DNA from: Candidatus Woesearchaeota archaeon
Lineage (GTDB): Archaea; Nanobdellota; Nanobdellia; Woesearchaeales; GW2011-AR4
Length of the DNA stretch: 44,937 bases
Assembly (NCBI GenBank): GCA_016185845.1
Contig: JACPMV010000022.1
Span: 1-44,937, forward strand
Direction of reading: 5' to 3'
The position numbers and the translations under genes were made by a program. The notes beneath the pieces were generated by a model. It saw only the letters and a program-made list of their open reading frames with translations, did not search any database and was not told the DNA's origin. Positions 29,709 through 38,467 of this stretch are shown here, piece after piece (within the stretch, counting starts at the first letter, position 1; each line of letters starts with the position of its first letter).

Positions 29709-30497
29709 TTATTTTGCTTCCCTCGCCGCAGAATAAAATAAAATCCGGTTTATTAAGATTATAAAATAAATCACTGCATTGACTATGATAATTGCTGACG
29801 TTTTGAAATAAGCGTATGCTTTCAGGTACAGCAAGTAATTTCCAGATGTAGAAACTCTGATTAGATATCCGGCAATTAAAAACAGTAACCCCAAAACAAG
29901 AAAAGCCAAAATAATAGCTCCAATAGTTTCCCTGTAGGATTTCATATTTCCAAAAGTTAATGAGAATGATTTTCTTAAGGAATTTTTCAGGGAATTTCCT
30001 TCATTAAAAAATGAATGGGCTAAACTCAGTATTGCATATAAAAAGAGGAAAATTGGAATTCCGGTTATTATAAAAAAATAAGGCCTGTAGGCTTCTTTTA
30101 TGCCGCCTAATACGAAATTAAACGTAATGAACAAGGGAAAAATTAGGATTATATTAAGCAGGTAAAACTGCCCAAGGCGCCTGAATGAAAATTCTGTTTT
30201 CTGGAACAGCGATTTTATGAAGTCCAAAACAGAATACTTGAAAAAAGAGTAAACAAATATCTGGAGCAGCCTGTAAATAAAATCAAATAAGAGGTAAGCA
30301 TAAATAAATGCCCCTGACTGCGGCCATAAGACAGCGCCTGCAGTGTAGCTCAAAAGCAACGGAAGAATGTAATAAAATGAGGCCAAAAAAGAGATATCAA
30401 ATAAAACCATCAGGCCTACTTTGCCGGGATTTGATTTCGCAAGGTTGAAGCTCTTTGCAAACAATGAATCTTTGATTAAATTTCTTATTTTCATCAA
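29709..30497 (-). CDS. Multi-pass membrane protein
   Basis: About six hydrophobic segments; stop 1 nt from the lgt start. Confidence 0.75.
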   Translation of the reverse strand: MMKIRNLIKDSLFAKSFNLAKSNPGKVGLMVLFDISFLASFYYILPLLLSYTAGAVLWPQSGAFIYAYLLFDFIYRLLQIFVYSFFKYSVLDFIKSLFQKTEFSFRRLGQFYLLNIILIFPLFITFNFVLGGIKEAYRPYFFIITGIPIFLFLYAILSLAHSFFNEGNSLKNSLRKSFSLTFGNMKSYRETIGAIILAFLVLGLLFLIAGYLIRVSTSGNYLLYLKAYAYFKTSAIIIVNAVIYFIILINRILFYSAAREAK

Positions 30498-30544
30498 AAC
30501 CTGTTGGGTTCAGAATACTATATAAATGTTTCATTTTGCCAAAA

Positions 30545-31379
30545 CTATCCTTTATAATAATCTTTCAAATCCTGTTCAATCTTATAGACTTTTCTTGCAT
30601 CATTTACAATGCCTAAATCAACTTCTCTAATTAAAACTGATTCTCTGTTGTGATTTAAGATGCCTACAGTGCCATAGAATGGAAGGGCAATCTGGGTTTT
30701 CCCAAGCAAAATGTTCTTTGTCCCATTATAATTGAAAGTTCCCGCTGCATTTGCATAAACAAAAACTGTCTCGCTTTCAATAGCCCTTGCGGAAACAAGC
30801 TTTGTTACTTCATCCGGAATTTTATTCCTGAAATATTTGTAATTGTACACCTTGGAATATTGCGAGGATTTTGAGCACCAGAATGAAGGGCAGAAAACAA
30901 TATCAGCTTTTTTGAGCATCAGTTTTCTGGTTATCTCAGGATATAATAAATCCCTGCAAATCTCGAGTCCGATATTCCCTACCTTTGTCCTGAAAACATT
31001 GGCTTCGTTTCCTGCTTTGAGCCTTTTTGCCTCTGTATTTTGCACCAAGTGATTTTTCCTGTAATTTCCGATGATTTGCCCATTATTATCGAATAAATAT
31101 GAAACATTGTACAGCTTGCTGCCGATTTCGTCAGCAATGCTGCCCATAACCCCGAAAATCCCGTAATTCCTGCATAAGCTGGAAAAAACTCCCTTTGCCT
31201 GTTTTGGAATTTCCGGATTGTATTTTTTCCTGCTCATCCCCGCAGTTAAAAACACCTCCGGGAAGCAGATTATATCGCAGTTGTTTTTACCTGAAGAAAT
31301 TCTCCATTCTGGAAATATTTTTACTGAAATCATTGTAAACATTGCATTGCACCGCACATATCTTAATTTTTTTTGGCAT
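30545..31379 (-). pseudogene. Carbon-nitrogen hydrolase (nitrilase family), frameshifted near 31290
   Basis: FPE, YRKNHL, EICRDLLYPE triad; the family-like N-terminus MPKKIKICAVQCNV...ENFFR from ATG 31379 is in another frame and stops. Confidence 0.75.
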
Positions 31380-31503
31380 ATCAGTTTATTTTTGCATTTC
31401 AATTTAAATAATTTGCCAAAACCGCAACATTTAAATACCATTATATTATAATCTAACAGTAAATATATAAAATACTATAAAATATATTTTATAATATATC
31501 AGC

Positions 31504-31644
31504 ATGAAAAAGCCAATAAGCGCTACAATTGACGAAGACCTCATTGATTGGATAGAAAAAGAGGTCAATGATAATAAAAAATACAGGAATAAGTCACATC
31601 TCATAGAATCTGCGCTTGAACTGATGAAATCAAATAAAAAATAG
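31504..31644 (+). CDS. Ribbon-helix-helix (CopG-like) protein (absent from the ORF track)
   Basis: MKKPISATIDEDLIDWIEKEVNDNKKYRNKSHLIESALELMKSNKK; 18-bp palindrome at 31476-31493 upstream. Confidence 0.8.
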   Translation: MKKPISATIDEDLIDWIEKEVNDNKKYRNKSHLIESALELMKSNKK

Positions 31645-31669
31645 TGATAAGTCAAAAAAAGAGGTAAAC

Positions 31670-33972
31670 ATGGCATTATTCGGAGAGACCAAAAAACCCT
31701 TCACTTACGACATAGCGAAGGAAGGGGAAGAAACAATACTTCTGATAGACTTGGAGCAGTATCCTCATACTCCTTCCATTGAAGATGATCCTGTATGCAT
31801 GTCAAGGACAATAGACATTCTTTCAGAAGCTGGCACTGTGACCAAGATAGTATTCGCCCAAAAAGAAATTACGAATACGACTACAGCCAGACATCAATGA
31901 TTCAGGAGATTGCAAAGCTCTACTCACAGCTTACAAAAAAAAAGGGCCTGGCGAGCTATGCAAACCTTATTTCAGAGCCGAAGGCGGCAAAATGGGCTGC
32001 GCAGTGGTATGCGGACATGCAGAATATAATATCCAACATTCTTAAAAGGGACCCTATAGGGGCGTATGTCGAGCTGAAAAGGGCTGCAAGGGACGAAAGG
32101 ATAAGCATAGACAAGTCTTTTGACCAGGATTACATAAATGCAGCCAAGAAATACATAACAGTTCTGCAGTATCTGATGTCTTTGATTGAAAAAACAAAAC
32201 TGCTTAGCCTGGCAAAGCAGTTCCTGCCCGGCTATAAACTAAATGAGCGCTCCGTCTACAGGAGGATTTTCTCTCCTGACATAAGGCCGGACTTCATGTT
32301 CACAAAGATCATGTCCAGCTATCCGGCTGAAGGCGAGGAAATAGACAATTATTTCATAGACAAGAACACAGAAGTAACCATCTTCGAGCTGCCCGACAAC
32401 GTCCAGTATCTGTACCACCTGACGCCTCCTGAGTTCAAGCTAAGCGAGGAAAAATACGAGATTCTTGACACTGCAAGAAAAATAATGGCAGAGCACAAGC
32501 CGACAAGGCAGGAATTTATTGACCCTGAAAGGATGAGGCAGGTCTTCCATAACATAGGCTCTGACCTGATTGAGGAGCTGGTTCAGTATAGGAACCTGAA
32601 GCTGTCTTCCGACGAGATAGAGGAGATGGCAAAAATTCTTGTCAGATACACTGTTGGATTCGGGCTAATCGAGGTTTTGCTCCAGGACGAAAAAGTGCAG
32701 GACATAACGATAAATTCCCCAATGGGGGAAGTCCCGATGTTCATAGTCCATCAGGATTATGCAGACTGCAGGACAAACATAGTGCCGACTTCTCCTGAAG
32801 CAGAATCATGGGCATCTAAATTAAGGCTTATTTCAGGCAGGCCATTGGACGAAGCCAATCCTATTCTTGACACGGAGCTCAGCATTCCCGGCGCAAATGC
32901 AAGGATAGCAGTAATCTCTGCGCCGTTAAACCCAAGCGGGCTGGCGTTTGCTTTCAGAAGGCATCGTGACAAGCCATGGACTCTGCCCTTGTACATCCAA
33001 AACAAGATGATAACTCCAATGGCTGCAGGCATCCTAAGCTTTTTGATTGACGGCTCAAGATCACTATTGATTGCAGGAACAAGGAGCGCCGGAAAAACAA
33101 GCCTGCTCGGAGCTGTCTTGGTTGAGCTGATGAGAAAGTACAGGATAATTACCATAGAAGATACGCTCGAGCTTCCGACAAACTCCCTTAGAAAGCTGGG
33201 ATACAACATCCAGTCAATGAAAGTTGCCGCTGCACTGACAAAAGGATCATCAGAGGTGCCGGCAGATGAAGGCATAAGGACAACATTAAGAATGGGTGAT
33301 TCCGCATTGATAATCGGAGAGATAAGGAGCAAAGAGGCCCTGGCTTTATACGAAGCAATGAGGATTGGGGCATTGGCAAATGTAGTTGCAGGCACCATAC
33401 ACGGAGACTCCCCTTACGGGGTTTTTGACAGGGTTGTAAACGACTTGGGAGTGCCGAGGACAAGCTTAAAGGCAACAGACGTGGTTATTGTGGCAAATCC
33501 GATAAAAAGCGCAGACGGCCTGCACAGATGGAGAAGAGTCACCCAAATAACAGAGGTAAGGAAGCACTGGGAAAATGACCCGCTGACAGAAAATGGATTT
33601 GTAGATTTGATGAAGTATGATTCCAAAAAAGATGAGCTGGAGGCAAGCGAGGAGCTGATAAATGGAGACTCTGAAATTTTGAAGGCAATTGCCGGAAATG
33701 TCAAGGAGTGGGCTGGCAACTGGGATGCTGTATGGGATAATATACTGCTCAGGGCAAAAACAAAGGAAACACTTGTTGATTTTTCAAATAAGACAAACAA
33801 TCCGGATTTGCTTGAAGCGGAATTTGTAATACAAGCCAATGACCAGTTCCATAAGATATCGGAGAATGTCAGGGAGGAGATCGGGATTTTGGATTCAAAA
33901 AGGATATTTTTCGAGTGGGATGAATGGCTCAAGAGGCATGTGAAGAAGATGGATTTTCACAGCAAGCTATGA
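31670..33972 (+). CDS. Type IV pilus/type II secretion ATPase (FlaI/VirB11-like), one frameshift near 31860
   Basis: GAGGT RBS at 31670; one extra A in the A5 run joins VFAQK to RNYEY; GTRSAGKT, TIEDTLEL, IIGEIRS, GTIHG. Confidence 0.88.
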
Positions 33973-34040
33973 TTAAAATTAAATAAAAATAATCAGGATA
34001 TATAAAACAAAAAAAGAGGTGAATGACTTTTCTATAAACC

Positions 34041-36215
34041 ATGCCATCTGAAATAGACAAGCAGAAATTACTGTCGTTGATGGAAGTCTACAAGAATCAC
34101 CTAGAGAAAGAACTGGGCGCCAAGATAGAAGACGTAAAATCGCAGCCTATAACAAGAGAATACCAGGAATTCAAGGCTGATTTTCTTCCAAAGCACATGA
34201 CTTGGTACGAGAAATTATGCAACCTGAGCGAAAAAACACTTAAGATAAAGCCCGATGCAAAAAGGGCAGCTGAAATCCAGGAAGCCATTGAAATAACCCA
34301 TTTAGGCATAACTCCTGCAGGCGCTGTATCTTTCTCTTATCTCATGCCGATAGTGGTTGCTGTATTCGGCTCGCTTTTTGCATTTGTTGTGTTCAACTCA
34401 ATGTTCTTTGTCTTTTTGTTTTTGATTGCATCCTTGCTGATGATAAAGCCGTTCGGCAGGCTGCCTGAGTTTATGGCAAACAACTGGCGATTAAAAGCAA
34501 GCAACCAGATGGTGCTTTCAGTTTTCTATACTGTAACTTACATGAGGCACACTTCCAATCTTGAAAAGGCAATAGAATTTGCGAGCCAGCATCTGGCTCC
34601 CCCATTGTCATTGGACCTGAAAAAAGTGCTTTGGGATGTTGAGACAGAAAAATATTCCTCTGTAAAAGAGTCTTTGGATATCTATCTTGAAACATGGAAG
34701 AAATGGAATATAGAGTTCATTGAGGCATTCCATCTTATTGAAAGCTCCTTGTATGAAGGAGACGAAGCGAGAAGGCTCAATGCGCTTGACAAGGCGCTTG
34801 ACGTGATTCTTGACGAGACATATGAAAAGATGCTGCACTATGCGCATAACCTGCAGAATCCGATTACAATGCTGCACATGCTGGGAATTATACTGCCAAT
34901 CCTTGGGCTTGTCATACTTCCATTGGTGGTCAGCTTCATGCAGGAGGCAAAGTGGTATCATCTTGCTGTAATATATAATCTTCTGCTCACTGTTACAGTG
35001 TATTATCTTGGCAAAAATATACTGTCAAGAAGGCCAACAGGATATGGGGACACAGATATCTCAGAGGAAAATCCAGAGCTGAAAAAATACAAGAACATAT
35101 TGGTAAAATTAGGAAATAAAGAAATCCAGATAACCCCGCTGATAATAAGCATTTTTGTCGGATCTTTGTTTCTCCTGATTGGCTTAAGCCCGCTATTATG
35201 GCATGTTGTTGGCCTGCCTGACTTCGGGATTGGAGGGGAAGACCTGACGACTTCATGCAGCCGGAGATTCTGCTTTTTGGAGTACAGGAGCGACAAGGCA
35301 GGAGGAGAGATCGGGCCTTACGGCTTAGGCGCTTCTTTGGCAAGCCTGTTCGTGCCGTTAAGCATAGGACTTGCTGTAGGAATTTATTACAGGATGAGGT
35401 CAAAAAATATCTACAAGATAAGGGAGAAGGCAAAACAGCTGGAGCTTGAGTTTGCAGCTGCCCTGTTCCAGCTCGGAAACAGGCTGGGAGACAATCTGCC
35501 TGTTGAGATTGCTGTCGGCAAGGTTGCAAGCGTAATGGAAGGCACAATATCAGGAAGTTTTTTTCAGCTGGTGAGCCTGAACATAAGAAGGCTTGGAATG
35601 AGCATTGAAAAAGCAATATTCGACCCTGCGCACGGCGCATTGGCTGCATTCCCAAGCAACCTGATTGAAAGCTCGATGAAAGTACTTACGCAGGCAATAA
35701 AAAAAGGCCCGTTGATTGCAGCCCAGGCGCTTACAAATGTATCAAGATACATAAAGGAAATACACAAGGTGAATGAAAGGCTGAAGGATTTGATGGCTGA
35801 TGTTATTTCTTCTATGCGCTCCCAGATCAAGTTTTTGACTCCTGCAATTGCAGGCATTGTGATAGGAATAACTTCGATGATAACTTCAATACTTGGAAAA
35901 TTAAGCCAGCAGATACCGCAGACAATTGGCGCAGGCGGCTCAGAAGGGACTTCCTCTGCCCTGCTGGATATATTCGGCGTTGGCATTCCTACATACTATT
36001 TCCAGGTCATAGTCGGAGTCTATGTTGTCCAGATAACTTACATATTGACTGTAATATCAAATGGAGTGGAGAACGGCGCTGACAAATTAACTGAGAAATA
36101 CCAGCTGGGCAGCAACATGATCAGGAGCACAGTTCTGTATATTGTTATATCCGCGATTGTCATGATAATGTTCAATTACATAGCCGGAGAGATTCTGACA
36201 AGGACAATAACTTGA
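34041..36215 (+). CDS. Type IV pilus/type II secretion membrane platform protein (FlaJ/TadC-like)
   Basis: Multi-TM protein with two cytoplasmic domains, directly after the ATPase. Confidence 0.8.
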   Translation: MPSEIDKQKLLSLMEVYKNHLEKELGAKIEDVKSQPITREYQEFKADFLPKHMTWYEKLCNLSEKTLKIKPDAKRAAEIQEAIEITHLGITPAGAVSFSYLMPIVVAVFGSLFAFVVFNSMFFVFLFLIASLLMIKPFGRLPEFMANNWRLKASNQMVLSVFYTVTYMRHTSNLEKAIEFASQHLAPPLSLDLKKVLWDVETEKYSSVKESLDIYLETWKKWNIEFIEAFHLIESSLYEGDEARRLNALDKALDVILDETYEKMLHYAHNLQNPITMLHMLGIILPILGLVILPLVVSFMQEAKWYHLAVIYNLLLTVTVYYLGKNILSRRPTGYGDTDISEENPELKKYKNILVKLGNKEIQITPLIISIFVGSLFLLIGLSPLLWHVVGLPDFGIGGEDLTTSCSRRFCFLEYRSDKAGGEIGPYGLGASLASLFVPLSIGLAVGIYYRMRSKNIYKIREKAKQLELEFAAALFQLGNRLGDNLPVEIAVGKVASVMEGTISGSFFQLVSLNIRRLGMSIEKAIFDPAHGALAAFPSNLIESSMKVLTQAIKKGPLIAAQALTNVSRYIKEIHKVNERLKDLMADVISSMRSQIKFLTPAIAGIVIGITSMITSILGKLSQQIPQTIGAGGSEGTSSALLDIFGVGIPTYYFQVIVGVYVVQITYILTVISNGVENGADKLTEKYQLGSNMIRSTVLYIVISAIVMIMFNYIAGEILTRTIT

Positions 36216-36223
36216 GAAAAAAG

Positions 36224-36422
36224 TGGGGCAGAGGAGATTTGAACTCCTGACACTACGGTATCAGACATTTCATTGCCTTTCGGCTCAAAATACCGACTTC
36301 AGCCGTCTAAGCCAACTTTTCAGTTGTATGCTCTTTCCTGATGGAAAGCTCGGCTAAGCCTGCTTTAATACCCAGGCTGAGCTACTGTTCTGGTTCTACA
36401 AACAAAAGCTTATAGAATCCCC
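36224..36422 (-). tRNA. tRNA-Phe(GAA) with four introns (4/5, 20/21, 27/28, 37/38)
   Basis: Exons 36422-36419, 36387-36371, 36334-36328, 36306-36297 and 36259-36224 join to GGGGCAG TA GCTC AGCCTGGGA GAGC A TACGG CTGAAGA CCGTA GTGTC AGGAG TTCAAAT CTCCT CTGCCCC A, a fully paired 74-nt cloverleaf. Confidence 0.88.
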
Positions 36423-36439
36423 ATAATATACTCAGCCAA

Positions 36440-37228
36440 CTATGCGAGAATTAATGTTTTATTTATATGGTTTTCTGTTATAATTTTTAATCTTGCTCCC
36501 TTAGCAGAATCTTCTATACCTACAAAATCCCTGAATTTGATTAAAGAATCTTTATTCTTGATTTTTAGTCTTACAGGTCTTATCCTTATACCATCACGTC
36601 TAAGATTAAAGGTATTATCTAAAAATGGGTTTGTTGTCTTAATTTCAAAATATTCATTCAAATAAGATTTTATTTGAGTAAAAAAATTTAGTCCGTCTTC
36701 AATTAAATCCTCGGATTTATACATTTGGATTTCAATACACTTACTATACAAATCAATACTACCCTCACAACTAAATAATCTATTAACAAATCTGGCAAAT
36801 AAATATTTGTCCTTTAAAATCCATTCAGGAATAGAAAACTTAGTCAATACCTTAGCCCCTGCAGGTGCTCCAAGCAATCTCAAAATTCTTATGAGGGGTC
36901 TACAATTGACGCCATAATTCATTGTACCATAATTATTAGTAGTGCATTTTCTTATTTTTCCTCCAATCTTGAAAATATTGTAAACCTCCGCGCCAAATCT
37001 ATTAAGTTCTTCAGTAGATTTTGATGTATAATCCAACCTCATTCTAAGTGGGGTGTCTTGCACATGCCCATCCCCCATCAAATCTGCGATTATTCCAGCT
37101 AAATTTGGCGAAGCTACTAGTGGAAACCAGTAAGAATACCTCGAAAGTGCTTTTACTCCATGCCATCTAGAGTTATAAGTATTAACAACATCTTCAAAAT
37201 TTAACAAAATATTTTTATCAAATTCCAT
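36440..37228 (-). CDS. Free-standing two-motif LAGLIDADG endonuclease-like protein
   Basis: LAGIIADLMGDG and FVNRLFSCEGSI motifs, IPEWI linker; AGGTGA RBS. Confidence 0.85.
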   Translation of the reverse strand: MEFDKNILLNFEDVVNTYNSRWHGVKALSRYSYWFPLVASPNLAGIIADLMGDGHVQDTPLRMRLDYTSKSTEELNRFGAEVYNIFKIGGKIRKCTTNNYGTMNYGVNCRPLIRILRLLGAPAGAKVLTKFSIPEWILKDKYLFARFVNRLFSCEGSIDLYSKCIEIQMYKSEDLIEDGLNFFTQIKSYLNEYFEIKTTNPFLDNTFNLRRDGIRIRPVRLKIKNKDSLIKFRDFVGIEDSAKGARLKIITENHINKTLILA

Positions 37229-37505
37229 TTTAAATCACCTATTTTTTTAAGGTTGAAACTATGTAAACGATTTAGTTTAAATACTCCACGTCGGTAAATG
37301 TCCAGTGGTTGTAGGATATATATTTTAGAAACCATAAATCATAATTTGGTAGTTGAAATATGTTTAATGTGATTTAAAGTGATAATAATTTGAGATATTA
37401 AATTTGAGTAAAGTTTTTATAAAACCAAATATACATTAAACTGATGAATAAAAAAAGTGAAAAACCCGCCAAAAGAACAAAACAATAATTTAAAAGGCTT
37501 TCTAT

Positions 37506-37928
37506 TTATATCTCCCCATCATCAGAATCAGCATCTTCAATATTCTCTTCTTCTACATTTATATCTTCGCCTGAATTATCCTTATCATATTTCTCCAACG
37601 GCATGTTTGTCCTTATGACAGAATCGCTGCCTGCTTCGGCTTTTCCGACAACTTCCATTTTTCCCATCCTTCCGGTTGTCAGCTGCATCTCTCCCTGCCA
37701 TTCGTTGACATAGCCGTTGGTTAAATGGATTTTGTCTCCTGCCTTCACTTTGTCAATGTCCTCATTCCACAAGGTTAGCTTTATGTCGCCTGTCTCGTCT
37801 TTTGCGATTGCTGTTGAAACTCTTCCGGGCTTTCCGAACTTGTTGAATTCCCTGACATCGCCTATGTCTACAACATCTACAATAACATCAACACTGCCCT
37901 GCTTTGGCTTTAAGTCTTTTATCTGCAT
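37506..37928 (-). CDS. ssb: Single-OB-fold ssDNA-binding protein with acidic tail
   Basis: IKDLKP, DETGDIKLTLWN, NGYVNEWQGEMQL. Confidence 0.88.
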   Translation of the reverse strand: MQIKDLKPKQGSVDVIVDVVDIGDVREFNKFGKPGRVSTAIAKDETGDIKLTLWNEDIDKVKAGDKIHLTNGYVNEWQGEMQLTTGRMGKMEVVGKAEAGSDSVIRTNMPLEKYDKDNSGEDINVEEENIEDADSDDGEI

Positions 37929-38275
37929 TTTATATATGAATTATTGAGCATTATATTTAAATTTATTGATATGTTGGGCAATAAACAAAAAAAGAAATAA
38001 AAAAATTAATCTTAATTTATGCCTATGGAAATCAGCAGTTGCATCAATCTTCAGTTTGCTGCCCTTTTTTCTTCTTTGCCATTTCAGACACCTCGCTTGT
38101 TCAGTTTATTGCCGGCTCATCTGCCGATTGAAATTTAATTTATATGCTTTGCGAAAAAGCTCGTAAGGCTGCGTTTTTGTTGATATTGAAAGAAATCAGT
38201 TTATGAGTAATGGATTGCTATATGGAAAAGAATCACCACAACATTTAAATAATATGCAAACCTGCTTAATTTTAA

Positions 38276-38342
38276 GCGCATGCTCGCACCAAACATTGTG
38301 CAGAGAGTGTGCGTGGAATTTGCTGTTAAGGGAATTCTACGC
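38276..38342 (+). ncRNA. Structured leader or small RNA upstream of rtcB
   Basis: Begins about 25 nt after TTTAAATA (38244-38251); hairpins GCATGCTC/GAGTGTGC and GCGTGGAATT/AATTCTACGC. Confidence 0.5.
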
Positions 38343-38467
38343 TAGTAGCTAATTAATGATATCAATTGATGAAGTTAATGCAATGAAAAGAAATTCAATA
38401 CGAACTGATACATTACGAAAAAAATAATCATCAACTATTGTAATAAAAAACAGGAAGGAGGAACTAA

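Noticed and set aside
31380-31441. Cys-rich N-terminus of the nitrilase as given in the ORF track
   Set aside because: Off-frame translation of promoter sequence; the family-like N-terminus begins at 31379 in another frame.
36255-36266. Ile(GAT) identity for the intron-rich tRNA
   Set aside because: CTGATA gives only a 6-nt loop; CTGAAGA gives a canonical 7-nt loop with G37 and a Phe-like D loop.
36385-36391. tRNA-Phe starting at AGAACAG with three A-C acceptor mismatches needing editing
   Set aside because: A GGGG exon 31 nt upstream with a BHB-type hairpin gives a perfect GGGGCAG/CTGCCCC stem.
36440-37228. LAGLIDADG encoded inside a tRNA intron or an intein
   Set aside because: All tRNA exons lie downstream of the ORF; no intein terminal motifs or host exteins are seen.
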